64,000 nt of DNA from Abditibacterium sp. GTDB lineage: Bacteria > Armatimonadota > Abditibacteriia > Abditibacteriales > Abditibacteriaceae. Location of the stretch: NCBI GenBank assembly GCA_965199495.1, contig CBDASK010000003.1:480001-544000 (forward strand), written 5' to 3'. Below, piece by piece: positions 10,325 through 19,848 of this stretch. The notes beneath the pieces were generated by a model. The model made no database searches, was not told where the DNA came from, and worked only from the letters and a program-made list of their open reading frames with translations. The position numbers and the translations under genes were made by a program. Within the stretch, counting starts at the first letter, position 1. The number at the start of each line of letters is the position of its first letter.

Positions 10325-10408
10325 ACCTAAAAGCGCGTCAAGGTGTTCGCGGCAAAATTTCAGGAGAAAGATCTGACCGGATGCGGTGAATTCAAGCTCC
10401 ATTCACAA

Positions 10409-10435
10409 AAAAGCCCGCGAAGTTCGCGGGCTTTT
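10409..10435 (-). terminator. Intrinsic terminator
   Basis: aaaagcccgcgaa-g-ttcgcgggctttt; the stem is the same as in the 4447 hairpin. Confidence 0.7.
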
Positions 10436-10552
10436 CTACTTGTCCGATTCCAAGTCTTTGATATATTCTTTCATCTCAGCGAGTTCGCGCTTCTGCGCTT
10501 CGATAATTTCGTCGGCCAACTTGCGGACGCGCGGATAAGGATTCTTATCCAT
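10436..10552 (-). pseudogene. C-terminal remnant of a DUF305/CopM-like protein
   Basis: 38 codons reading MDKNPYPRVRKLADEIIEAQKRELAEMKEYIKDLESDK, resembling the last helix of DUF305. Not in the ORF track. Confidence 0.55.
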
Positions 10553-10625
10553 TTTGTTTTCCAAGTGAATGTTTAAGTGAGCTACGGCTGGCCCGCGCAG
10601 TGCGGCGAGCCAGCCTGATTTGTTT

Positions 10626-11000
10626 CTAACCTTTCACGATGAGCTTGCCGCGCACCATGTTCATGCCGCAGTGAAAAGTGAACTCACCCGCTTTATCGGG
10701 CGTGAATTCGACCGGCACTTCCTCGTTTTGCGGCAGCATTTTGGAAACGCCGAAGTCGCCGAAGATGACTTGCTCGGTGCAACTGTTGCTTTCTTTTCGG
10801 GTGAACAACAGGCGCACCGGTTGGCCCTTTTTAACTTCGATGCGGTCGGGCGAGTAGCCACCTTGCACCGTGACTTTGATTTGCTGCACGCCTCCGGCAA
10901 CGGCGGCTTGCTCCGAGGCGCGCGGGCCGAAAAAGAACCACACCACGAAGAGGCTCAGTAAAATGCCGCCGCTGACAACCCAAATTTCTGCTGTGTCCAT
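10626..11000 (-). CDS. Membrane-anchored cupredoxin-domain protein (CupA-like)
   Basis: N-terminal TM, GGYSPDRI, Cys in NSC, and FHCGMNM; follows copA. Confidence 0.85.
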   Translation of the reverse strand: MDTAEIWVVSGGILLSLFVVWFFFGPRASEQAAVAGGVQQIKVTVQGGYSPDRIEVKKGQPVRLLFTRKESNSCTEQVIFGDFGVSKMLPQNEEVPVEFTPDKAGEFTFHCGMNMVRGKLIVKG

Positions 11001-13372
11001 CAGGAACTCCTTTCGATTTTAAATCCGCGCAATCGCAGCGCGTTGAACACCACCGAAACACTCGACAGCGCCATCGCCAGACTCGCCAGAATCGGCGAGA
11101 GCAGCCAGCCGGTGAACGGATACAAAATGCCCGCCGCGATGGGAATGCCCAGCACGTTGTAAATAAAGGCGAAAAACAGGTTCTGCTTAATGTTTTTCAC
11201 CGTCGCCCGCGACAGCGCGATGGATGCAGCCACGCCGTGTAAGTCGCCTTTGACGAGCGTGATATCGGCGGCTTCCAAAGCCACGTCGGTGCCGGTTCCC
11301 ATCGCAATGCCGACATCGGCTTGGGCCAGCGCGGGCGCGTCGTTGATGCCGTCGCCGACCATCGCCACCTTTTTTCCTTCGGCCTGCAACTCTTTGATTT
11401 TGGCCGCTTTGCCGTCGGGCAGAACCTCGGCGAAAACGCGCTCGATGCCGACCTGTCGCGCGATGGCGTGAGCCGTCTTTTCGTTGTCGCCGGTCAGCAT
11501 GGCGACTTCCAAACCCAAATCGCGCAGCTTTTGGATGGCAGCGCGCGAACCGTCTTTAATCGGATCGGCGATGGCAATAACGCCCGCGAACTTACCGTCG
11601 AGCGCCACGAAAACCGGAGTTTTGCCATCTTCCGCGAGGGCGTCCGAGGTTTGCTCATCGGGCGCCAAACCGCGCTCGCGCATCAGTTTCGCGTTGCCAA
11701 TGAGGACTTGGTGCCCTTCGACTTTCGCCTCAATGCCGTGTCCGGCGACCGCCTCAAACGCTTCGACCGGCACCAACTTCAAGCCCTTGTCTTTGGCATC
11801 GCGCACCATCGCTTCGCCCAGAGGATGCTCGCTGCCGCTTTCGGCTGAGGCCGCTAAACGCAGCAGTTCGCCTTCATCAATGCCATGCGCCACGATGTCG
11901 GTCACACTCGGCTGGCCCTGCGTGATGGTGCCGGTTTTGTCCAAGACAATCGCGCTCAGTTGGTGCGCGGTTTCCAGCGCCTGCCCGCCTTTGATGAGAA
12001 TGCCGTTCTGCGCGCCGCGCCCCGTTCCGACCATAATCGCCGTCGGCGTGGCTAAGCCCAGCGCGCACGGGCAAGCGATCACCAAAATCGAAACGCTGGT
12101 TAAAAGTGCCAGCGTCAGGCGCGAATCCACCGGCGCCACCACGAACCAGATTACGAACGACGCAATCGCCAACAGAATCACGACCGGAACGAAGAAACCG
12201 GCAACGGTATCGGCCAACTTCTGAATCGGCGCTTTGCTGCCCTGCGCCTGTTGCACCAACCGCACGATGCCCTGCAAAACCGTGTCGCTGCCGACCTTGG
12301 TCGCCCGAAAGCGGAAACTGCCGGTCTTGTTGAGTGTCGCGCCGATCACGCTATCGCCCGCCGCTTTTTTCACCGGCAACGGTTCGCCGGTCAGCATGGA
12401 CTCGTCCACACTCGATTCGCCCCCGACGACTTCGCCGTCAACCGGAATTTTCTCGCCGGGCCGCACCGTCACGATGTCTCCGGCGCGCACCTCTGCGATA
12501 GGGATTTCCATTTCCTGCCCGTCGCGCTCGACGCGCGCGGTTTTGGCCTGCAAGCCCATCAAGGCGCGAATCGCGCTGCCGGTTTGGGCGCGCGCTTTGG
12601 CTTCCAACAAGCGCCCCATCAAAATCAGCGTGATTATAATGGCCGCGACTTCATAATAAACGCCGGTCGGCGCGTTGCCGTGCCCACCACTCCCGTGCGC
12701 CGTAACTGCTAAAAGTTCGGGCGCGAAGGTCACCACGATGCTATAAAGATAGGCCACCAAAGTGCCAATCGCCACCAAGGTGTTCATGTCGGCGGAGCGA
12801 TGGCGCGCCGCCGCCCACGCGCCGGTGAAGAACTCGCGGCCCGCCCAAAAAACTGGCGTGGTTAAAGCCAATTCAACATAAGCGCGTCCGGGAAAGTTGA
12901 AGAGCCGCTCCAACGCGGGCAAAAGGTGCCCGCCCATCGCCATGACCGCGACCGGAATCGTCAACACCAGCGCGATGATGAACTTGTTCTTCTGCTCGTT
13001 GAACTCGCGGTCGCGCGCCTCGACTTCGGCGTCGGCCAGCGACTGCACGGGCGCGGCGCCCTCGTTGCTCGGCTGCTGCACGATGGCGTCGTAGCCCACT
13101 TTTTGCACCGCCTCGCGCAGTTTGGCCGGGTCGGTTTGCGCGGGATCGTAAGTCACCGTCGCGCGCGTAGTCGCAAAATTGACGGTCGCGTTTTCCACGC
13201 CCTCGGCTTTATTAAGCGCCTTTTCGATGCGAACCGCGCACGCCGAACAGTGCATTCCCAACAGCGGCAAATCCGCGCTCTGGCTGGAGGTGCCCGCGTC
13301 TTCTAATTCCAACTCCGCGACGGCAGAGGGCGAGGCCGAATCGTGATCTTTATGATGATTTGTGTGATCCAT
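11000..13372 (-). CDS. copA: Copper-translocating P1B-type ATPase
   Basis: [38 protein letters not shown] and MALSS. Start placed at MDHTNHH after a GGAG RBS. Confidence 0.95.
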   Translation of the reverse strand: MDHTNHHKDHDSASPSAVAELELEDAGTSSQSADLPLLGMHCSACAVRIEKALNKAEGVENATVNFATTRATVTYDPAQTDPAKLREAVQKVGYDAIVQQPSNEGAAPVQSLADAEVEARDREFNEQKNKFIIALVLTIPVAVMAMGGHLLPALERLFNFPGRAYVELALTTPVFWAGREFFTGAWAAARHRSADMNTLVAIGTLVAYLYSIVVTFAPELLAVTAHGSGGHGNAPTGVYYEVAAIIITLILMGRLLEAKARAQTGSAIRALMGLQAKTARVERDGQEMEIPIAEVRAGDIVTVRPGEKIPVDGEVVGGESSVDESMLTGEPLPVKKAAGDSVIGATLNKTGSFRFRATKVGSDTVLQGIVRLVQQAQGSKAPIQKLADTVAGFFVPVVILLAIASFVIWFVVAPVDSRLTLALLTSVSILVIACPCALGLATPTAIMVGTGRGAQNGILIKGGQALETAHQLSAIVLDKTGTITQGQPSVTDIVAHGIDEGELLRLAASAESGSEHPLGEAMVRDAKDKGLKLVPVEAFEAVAGHGIEAKVEGHQVLIGNAKLMRERGLAPDEQTSDALAEDGKTPVFVALDGKFAGVIAIADPIKDGSRAAIQKLRDLGLEVAMLTGDNEKTAHAIARQVGIERVFAEVLPDGKAAKIKELQAEGKKVAMVGDGINDAPALAQADVGIAMGTGTDVALEAADITLVKGDLHGVAASIALSRATVKNIKQNLFFAFIYNVLGIPIAAGILYPFTGWLLSPILASLAMALSSVSVVFNALRLRGFKIERSS

Positions 13373-13413
13373 ATCACTCCTTTTCCCGGTTAAGGTTTTT
13401 AGTTCGACACGCC

Positions 13414-13632
13414 TTAAATGGCCGATTTTACACGGAATCCCGCGCCTTCGACGGCAGAAATCAAGCTCGCAATGTTCAGGTTCTCTCCGCGCACTCGCGC
13501 CATTTTTTCCACCAGGTTGATCGAAACGCTGGACACGCCCGCCGTATTCGCCAGCGATTGCGTGATCTGGTTTTCGCAACCGCCACACTTCATACCCTCG
13601 ATCTCTATCACCACGTTTTGTTGATTATCCAT
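13414..13632 (-). CDS. copZ: Copper chaperone (HMA domain)
   Basis: 72 aa with GMKCGGC, directly upstream of copA. Confidence 0.88.
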   Translation of the reverse strand: MDNQQNVVIEIEGMKCGGCENQITQSLANTAGVSSVSINLVEKMARVRGENLNIASLISAVEGAGFRVKSAI

Positions 13633-13644
13633 CTCTGCTCCTTT

Positions 13645-13661
13645 ATACCCCCAAAGGGTAT
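13645..13661. promoter_or_regulatory. CsoR operator upstream of copZ
   Basis: ataccc-ccaaa-gggtat: C/G-tract palindrome typical of CsoR boxes. Confidence 0.75.
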
Positions 13662-13710
13662 TGAAAATCAAGACAGAGAATAAACTCTCGCGTTCCCTGC
13701 GGAGCGAGAT

Positions 13711-14157
13711 TTAGCGGGCGAACGGCTGAATTTTAGCGATTTTCGCGCCCAACAGCGGCAGCAGTGCCATCTGCAAAAGCGGCAACATTCCAAGATGGAC
13801 GCCTAAAATTTGAATCTGCGGCATAAGCGGCCCATAACGCCACCAACCGCCCAGCGACGCGAGAGTTTCGATGGCAACCGCAGCGATAAATCCCGCAGCA
13901 ATGAGCAGCCACGTCGGCGGCAAACGGGACTTTCGATTTCCCAAACAGAGCGCGCCTCCCACTAAAATTACGCTTAAAACAGCGTCGGCGACCGTCGCTC
14001 CCAGCATCCACAGCGCGCCCTTCCACACGCTAAATCCGCTCATATCATAAAAGAACAAGCACTGAAAGAATTCCCAGACGCCATGCAAGGTAAAGCTCCA
14101 CCACGCTAAGAGCGCGAGAGGAGCCAAAGTTTGAATATGGTGCGACAATCGGGACAT
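13711..14157 (-). CDS. Hypothetical 4-TM membrane protein
   Basis: 148 aa hydrophobic ORF (HGVWE...Q, E...GWWRY) between csoR and copZ. Confidence 0.65.
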   Translation of the reverse strand: MSRLSHHIQTLAPLALLAWWSFTLHGVWEFFQCLFFYDMSGFSVWKGALWMLGATVADAVLSVILVGGALCLGNRKSRLPPTWLLIAAGFIAAVAIETLASLGGWWRYGPLMPQIQILGVHLGMLPLLQMALLPLLGAKIAKIQPFAR

Positions 14158-14167
14158 TACGACGAAT

Positions 14168-14458
14168 TTACTTGAGAAAACGCTGAAGCGAAACGCGAAC
14201 TTCTTCGATCAATTCCTCTTTACTGAGCGGCTTGGAATCAAGATGCGCGTCCTCGCTCCCGTGTCCCATGACGCAGGTTTCGAGATGGTTGGTCAGCAGT
14301 TCCACGCCCAACGAATCCAACGCGGCGCGAACAGCGGAAATTTGGTTGAGAATGTCGAGACAGTAGCGATCTTCGTCAATCATTTTACTGACGCCGTTGA
14401 TTTGCCCACTGACACGGCTGATGCGCGACTTGATGGCTTTGCGAGAAGTTTCTTTCAT
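14168..14458 (-). CDS. csoR: CsoR/RcnR-family metal-sensing repressor
   Basis: RISRVSGQINGV, YCLDILNQISA and HLETC (Cys-His-Cys ligand set). Confidence 0.9.
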   Translation of the reverse strand: MKETSRKAIKSRISRVSGQINGVSKMIDEDRYCLDILNQISAVRAALDSLGVELLTNHLETCVMGHGSEDAHLDSKPLSKEELIEEVRVSLQRFLK

Positions 14459-14472
14459 GATGCTTACACTGA

Positions 14473-14489
14473 ATACCCCATTAGGGTGT
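14473..14489. promoter_or_regulatory. CsoR operator upstream of csoR
   Basis: ataccccattagggtgt, matching the 13645 box. Confidence 0.65.
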
Positions 14490-14692
14490 GATGTCAAGAC
14501 GATAGAGCAGGGTTCACGTTCAGAAAAACCGGCGAACACTTCCACCGCGTGTTAAGAGTTGTCGGTTCGCACGGGAAATTTGTGATGTCGCTAAAGCGTT
14601 GGTCACATACACTGGCGGAGTATAGAAATTGGAACGGTCACCAGAGAGACTCGTCCGGTTTTGAGCGTTTCGCTGGTAAACGCACTTTTATT

Positions 14693-15184
14693 ATGAGTCA
14701 GTGGCGTCGCCTCCCTTTCGTCTTGATGGCCCTGTTTGCGCTGTGTGCGCTGACGGTGCCTTCGTTGGCGTGGGCGTGCCCCATCACTGGGCGTAGCGGA
14801 GCCGCAACTCAGGTTTGTATCAATGCTCCGGCTTCTGGTCAGTCGAACCAGGCTGCCAACGTGATGGCGTGTTGTGCGCCCACGCATGGAAACGCCGCGA
14901 TGTCAGGCAACGGGTGCCTGGGGACGTGCTGCAAAGCCGTGCCACAGTTGCCAAACGGCGACCCCGCCAAAAATACTGCGCTTTCGCAAGCGCATTGGAA
15001 TATCGCCGGTCTGCTCGATCAATTGTCGCAGACCGCTCATACTGTTTTTATCCTCGCGCCTCCGGTCGCTCCACTCGTTATCGAGCCGCCGCGCGCACTT
15101 TTTCGGGGTGACGCTTCCGTTGCTCCTCTGCTCACCCAATTCGCGTTCTCTCTGTTCGCGGGTCGCGCTCCACCCATCGGTTAA
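14693..15184 (+). CDS. Exported Cys-rich leader-type protein ending in RAPP (DUF2946/CruR/CutF-like)
   Basis: Signal-like N-terminus, MACC and GCLGTCC clusters, C-terminus FAGRAPPIG; first gene of the RND cluster. Confidence 0.65.
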   Translation: MSQWRRLPFVLMALFALCALTVPSLAWACPITGRSGAATQVCINAPASGQSNQAANVMACCAPTHGNAAMSGNGCLGTCCKAVPQLPNGDPAKNTALSQAHWNIAGLLDQLSQTAHTVFILAPPVAPLVIEPPRALFRGDASVAPLLTQFAFSLFAGRAPPIG

Positions 15185-15470
15185 AAGTCGTTTTTAGCTC
15201 GGTTATTTAACGTTGCCTCCGCGCCGCGCACCTCAGGCGGCTCCTTCGGTAAAGACGTTTCCGCTTCGGCTCGCCTCTGCATTTCCCGCACGGGCGACCG
15301 GGCACGCTCAAACGACTTCTCTTTCCCCGTTCTTCTGTTTGTGCCGTCGCCTCGCGCCGCTTAAAGCCGCGATGCGATTCGCACTTGTTATCCGCTTCAA
15401 GCGGATTAAAGGCCGCGCGTAAGTCGCGTTGTGCCATCGGGGTCGCTGACCCAAAATCAAGAGAAACACC

Positions 15471-15782
15471 ATGAAATCCGAAATTCGCAACCGCCTCGCG
15501 GTTCTGGCGCTGGGCGCCGGTCTGCTGCTGGGTGCAACTGCGCCGCAAGCCGCGCACGCCGACACCAAAACTCCCGCCGATGTTAGCGGCACCGTGCTGG
15601 TGCCGCGTCTGGTCAAAGGCGCGCGCGCTGCCGAATTGCTGCGCGTGCCCGCCGGTCAATACAACGCCAACGGCTTTCGTATTGAGGCGCAAAGCCGCAA
15701 CTGCTCCGGCACCGTGTGCCCAAAAACCACCAACTGCTACGATATCAAAGGCGCCCTGGGCGCGCGCTGTATCACCCGCTAA
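15471..15782 (+). CDS. Small secreted protein with four C-terminal Cys
   Basis: Signal peptide ending AHA; CSGTVCPKTTNC...C. Confidence 0.6.
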   Translation: MKSEIRNRLAVLALGAGLLLGATAPQAAHADTKTPADVSGTVLVPRLVKGARAAELLRVPAGQYNANGFRIEAQSRNCSGTVCPKTTNCYDIKGALGARCITR

Positions 15783-15921
15783 AACCAAACGAGAAGTCGT
15801 CACCATTTGCAAGCTCCGCCGAACGCGCAGACGCTTGACAAATTGTGATCACGTCTCAAGTTAATCCTTCTCGCAACGCCTCTATAAATGGGGGCGTTGC
15901 GAGATACCAACCCAAAAAAAC

Positions 15922-16554
15922 ATGAAACACAACATTCACTGGAAAACTGTGGCTGGCCTCGCTCTGGGCGCCAGCTTGACCGGAGGCGTGACCGCGTGGA
16001 GCGCCGTGCCCGACGACAACGCGCATGGCGACGCCGTGCCCTCAAAGATGTCCTGCCCGATGATGGGCGCTGGCATGATGAGCAACGCAATGATGGGCAT
16101 GATGGGCGACAAGCGCACCGCTCAAAGCGGCGCCACGAGAGGCGGTAAGGGCACTGGTCAAAGCAACGCCACGAAGGGCGTGATGCAAAACTGCCAGGAG
16201 ATGATGGGAGGCGGCGGCATGATGTCGTGCCCGATGATGGGCGGCAAAGATGCGGCGACGGAATCGGCTCAGGCAACGCAGGAAAAGGCGCGGCAACGCG
16301 CGGCCATCGCCGTTACCGCCCAAGGCTACACGCCCGCCGTCATCAAAGTGCAGGCCGGAAAGCCGCTGGAACTGACGTTCACACGCACTTCCGACGCGAC
16401 CTGCGCCACCGAGGTTGTGGTGCCCGATTACAAAATCAAAGCGGCTTTGCCGCTCAACAAACCCGTCACGGTGAAGTTCACGCCCAAAAAGAGCGGGGAC
16501 ATCGCGTTCATCTGCGGCATGGGAATGTTTCGCGGCAAGGTCGTCGCTCAGTAG
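15922..16554 (+). CDS. Secreted Met-rich cupredoxin-domain protein
   Basis: Signal peptide, two MSCPMMG repeats, then GYTP...DATC...FICGMGM. Confidence 0.8.
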   Translation: MKHNIHWKTVAGLALGASLTGGVTAWSAVPDDNAHGDAVPSKMSCPMMGAGMMSNAMMGMMGDKRTAQSGATRGGKGTGQSNATKGVMQNCQEMMGGGGMMSCPMMGGKDAATESAQATQEKARQRAAIAVTAQGYTPAVIKVQAGKPLELTFTRTSDATCATEVVVPDYKIKAALPLNKPVTVKFTPKKSGDIAFICGMGMFRGKVVAQ

Positions 16555-16628
16555 GCGACACCAACGCGGGCACCGCGCGGTTTTTACCGGCGGTGCCCGC
16601 ACGCGGAAACCAACTTCAACTTAAGTCA

Positions 16629-17117
16629 ATGACAAATTTCCTGAAACTTCCCCTGCTCGCCGGTGCGCTGGCCTTGACCTGGACGTTGAGCGGTTGCGGC
16701 AACAACGCCGAACCGACCGCCCCAACTTCGCAAACCGAAACCGCGCCGATGAGCGGCAACATGGCCGCGTCAAACGCGGCAGTCCCGGCAGCAGCCACGC
16801 CGGGCACGGCGACGCAGGCCGGGCCGTTCGAGGTCACGCTTGCCCTTGATGCGCCCGAACCCAAAGTCGGTGACGCGCAGTTCAAAGCGACCGTGATGCG
16901 CGACGGCAAGCCGGTGACGGACGCGACGGTGAAGCTCGCGTTGACGATGCCGCAGATGAAAATGGACGGCCCCAACGCGACGCTCGCTCACACGCAGGGC
17001 GGTGTTTACGCGGGCAAAGCCAACCTGAGCATGGGCGGCAGTTATAGCGCCAAAGTCAGCGTGAACGCGAGCGGCGCGAGTGGCGATGCGCTTTACGATT
17101 TCCGCGCGGTTCAGTAA
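16629..17117 (+). CDS. YtkA/FixH-like Ig-fold lipoprotein
   Basis: Lipobox LSGC, DGKPVTDATV, MPQMKM and GVY...LSMGGSY. Confidence 0.75.
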   Translation: MTNFLKLPLLAGALALTWTLSGCGNNAEPTAPTSQTETAPMSGNMAASNAAVPAAATPGTATQAGPFEVTLALDAPEPKVGDAQFKATVMRDGKPVTDATVKLALTMPQMKMDGPNATLAHTQGGVYAGKANLSMGGSYSAKVSVNASGASGDALYDFRAVQ

Positions 17118-17136
17118 GGCGCGGAGACGCCAAACC

Positions 17137-19848
17137 ATGAAACGATTCTTTTTTGTGTTCGCGCTGCTTTTGGGTTGCGCGACCGCGATTTGGGCCGAGC
17201 CAACCAGCCAAATCGGGCCTTATACCGTTGAAGTCACGACCGATCCGGGTGTGGTTCCGGTCGGCAAAGCGCAACTCCAACTCAAAGTCACCGCCAACGG
17301 CCAACCGGTCGAGGGCGCGCAAATTACCACGCTCACCAAAATGCCTTCGATGGACATGGGCGAGCGCGAGCAACCGGCGCGACCGCTGGAAACGCCCGGT
17401 TTGTATCAGGCGCCCGCCGCGTTTTCGATGGGCGGCGCTTACGATCTTAATCTCAAAATCGTCGGGCCGCAGGGCGAAGCGAACGGGAAAATATCGCTCT
17501 CGACCGGGCAAAACACCGCCAGTTCGAGCGGCAACGGCGTTCCGCTCTGGCAGTGGCTCGCCGGTTTAACCGTCATCCTGGCGGCGGCATTCACTTTTTA
17601 TCGGATGCGGCGAACAGGCCAGCACTTCAACGCGCGCGCAGTTTTCAACCGGCAGGTTCTGGGCGGATTGGCGCTGCTCGGCGCGATGTTTATGATCGCG
17701 GTTTACGCGGTCAACCATTTCCGGCGCGCGGGCGCGATGTCGCCCATCGAAGCGCAAGCGATGGAGATGAATATGCCCGCGCCCGAAGGCGCTCTGCCCG
17801 TCGAATTGGCCAGCGTCAAACGTGGCGAAGTGAGTGACACCGTCCGTTACACCGGTCAGGCGGTTGGCTTTTTGGAGCAGGACGTGTATCCGCGCGTGCA
17901 GGGAACCTTAGAAACGATGCCGTTTTATGCGGGCGACAAAGTGAAAAAAGGCCAGATTCTGGCGCGTCTCGACACTTCGCAGATCGCACCGCAAGCCGCC
18001 GAGAAAGAAGCGGCAGTCGGCGTGGCTGCAAGCAACGCGACGGTCGCGCAGTCGGAGGCGCAGGGTGCGCAAAGCGCGGTCGGTCAGGCCCAGGCGCAGT
18101 TGAACGCCAAAACCAGCGCCGTCGCCGAAGCGCGCAGCGACGAGCAGAAAGCGCGCGCGATGTTGAACCAAAAGCGTGGCGCCTTCGCCGAAGCGCAGCA
18201 GATGACGACACGTTCGCGCGCCGCCGTAACTCAGGCGCAGGGCGAACTGCGCGGTGCGCGCGCGCAACTGAGCGAAGCCCAATCCGACGCCGATGCTGCG
18301 CGCGCCGAACAAGCGAGCGCGCAATCGGACGTTTCGAGCGCTGGGGCCCAAATTGTCGAGGCGCGCGCCGCAGTGACGGCAACTCAAGCGGATTTGGATT
18401 ACTGGACGAGCGAAATCGCGCGCATGAAAGTTCTGGTGCGCGAAGGCGCCGTCTCGCGCGAAGAGTTCCAACGCGAACAGGCGCAGTTCGAGAACGCTCA
18501 GGCCAAACTCAAACAAGCGCAAGCGCGCGTGACGCAAGTTCAGGCGACTGTAAATGGCGCCAATGCCAAAGTCAGTCGCGCCACCGCGATGATTCGCAGC
18601 GCAAACGCCAAAGCGCGCGGCGCACAGGCGGCGATTGATGCCAATCAAGCGCGCATCGAAGCCGCCCGTGCCGATCAGGGCGCCGCCAACGCGCGCGTAG
18701 ACCAAGCGCGCGCGGATGTCGAATCGGCGCGCGCCGATATTGGCAGTGCCGACGCGCGCATCGGGCGCGCCCAGGCCGACGTGGCTGCTCAAAACTCGCA
18801 GATCAAACAAACCCAATCGCAAGCCGACGCCGCGCGCGAACGCATCGCGCAAGCTCAGGCTGGAACCAAACAGGCGCAGGCCGCCGCCAACAGCGCGAGC
18901 GCAACGTTGGGTTACGCCGAAATCCGCGCGCAACTCGATGGAGTCGTGACGCAGCGCGTTATCAGTCCTGGCACTTTGGTGACGCCAGGCCAGATGATTT
19001 TGAAAATCGCCCAAATCAATCCGATTCGCCTGCAGGCCAACGTCGCCGAAAGCGATCTGGCGCGCATCGAAGTCGGCTCGCCGGTCGCGGTGACAACCAA
19101 AAACAAGAAGAGCCTCCAAGCACGCGTCAGTTCGGTCGCGCCCGCTGTCGATCCGCAAAGTCGCACCGGATTGGTCGAAGTTATCGTGGACAATCCCGAC
19201 GCCACGTTTTTGCCTGGCCAATATGTGAATATGCAAATCACGACGGGTCAGGTTTTCGGCGCGCTGACGGTGCCCTCGCGCGCCATTCGCTACCGCACGG
19301 CGCCCAGTGGAGGCGCGGTTTCAACGAGCGACGACGCTTATATCTGGGTCGCGCAAGCCGTGACCGGAACCGAGCAAATGACCGCGCAACGCGTACCGGT
19401 CGTGGTGAAAAGCGACAACGGCGCGCAAGCCGCCATCGTCGGCGACGTGAAAGCGGACGCGCAAGTCGTGGTCTCGCCAGCGCAAAATCTGAGCAACGGC
19501 ATGACGATTATGGCGGCGAATATGGCGCCGGACGGCGACAAAATGACGATGGCGTCCGATGCAGCCACATCGTCCGACGAGGTTCAGAAAATCGCGGTCG
19601 CGCTGACCGAAAAGGGTTATCAACCGGCGACTTTGAACCTCAAAGCGAACGTGCCCGCGCAACTGACTTTCACGCGTAAGACCGACGCGACTTGCGGAAC
19701 CGAAGTGCAGTTTCCCGATTTCGACATTCGCAAAAAGCTGCCGCTTAACCAGCCGGTAACGATCAGTTTCACGCCCAAAAAGAGCGGCACTTTAGCGTTT
19801 GGCTGCGGCATGGACATGATGATTCGCGGCAAGTTGGTGGTGAAATGA
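17137..19848 (+). CDS. RND periplasmic adaptor with N-terminal YtkA domain, very long coiled coil and C-terminal cupredoxin domain
   Basis: MPSMDM YtkA, two TM segments, lipoyl halves (GDKVKKGQILARLD, IRAQLDGVV), a long Ala/Gln helical region, and C-terminal DATC...FGCGMDM. Confidence 0.85.
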   Translation: MKRFFFVFALLLGCATAIWAEPTSQIGPYTVEVTTDPGVVPVGKAQLQLKVTANGQPVEGAQITTLTKMPSMDMGEREQPARPLETPGLYQAPAAFSMGGAYDLNLKIVGPQGEANGKISLSTGQNTASSSGNGVPLWQWLAGLTVILAAAFTFYRMRRTGQHFNARAVFNRQVLGGLALLGAMFMIAVYAVNHFRRAGAMSPIEAQAMEMNMPAPEGALPVELASVKRGEVSDTVRYTGQAVGFLEQDVYPRVQGTLETMPFYAGDKVKKGQILARLDTSQIAPQAAEKEAAVGVAASNATVAQSEAQGAQSAVGQAQAQLNAKTSAVAEARSDEQKARAMLNQKRGAFAEAQQMTTRSRAAVTQAQGELRGARAQLSEAQSDADAARAEQASAQSDVSSAGAQIVEARAAVTATQADLDYWTSEIARMKVLVREGAVSREEFQREQAQFENAQAKLKQAQARVTQVQATVNGANAKVSRATAMIRSANAKARGAQAAIDANQARIEAARADQGAANARVDQARADVESARADIGSADARIGRAQADVAAQNSQIKQTQSQADAARERIAQAQAGTKQAQAAANSASATLGYAEIRAQLDGVVTQRVISPGTLVTPGQMILKIAQINPIRLQANVAESDLARIEVGSPVAVTTKNKKSLQARVSSVAPAVDPQSRTGLVEVIVDNPDATFLPGQYVNMQITTGQVFGALTVPSRAIRYRTAPSGGAVSTSDDAYIWVAQAVTGTEQMTAQRVPVVVKSDNGAQAAIVGDVKADAQVVVSPAQNLSNGMTIMAANMAPDGDKMTMASDAATSSDEVQKIAVALTEKGYQPATLNLKANVPAQLTFTRKTDATCGTEVQFPDFDIRKKLPLNQPVTISFTPKKSGTLAFGCGMDMMIRGKLVVK

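Noticed and set aside
13372..13588. 862-aa N-terminally extended CopA from the ORF track
   Set aside because: The extension overlaps copZ in another frame; an RBS supports the start at 13372.
16227..16628. N-terminal extension of the YtkA lipoprotein ORF
   Set aside because: It overlaps the cupredoxin gene; the signal peptide and lipobox begin at ATG 16629.
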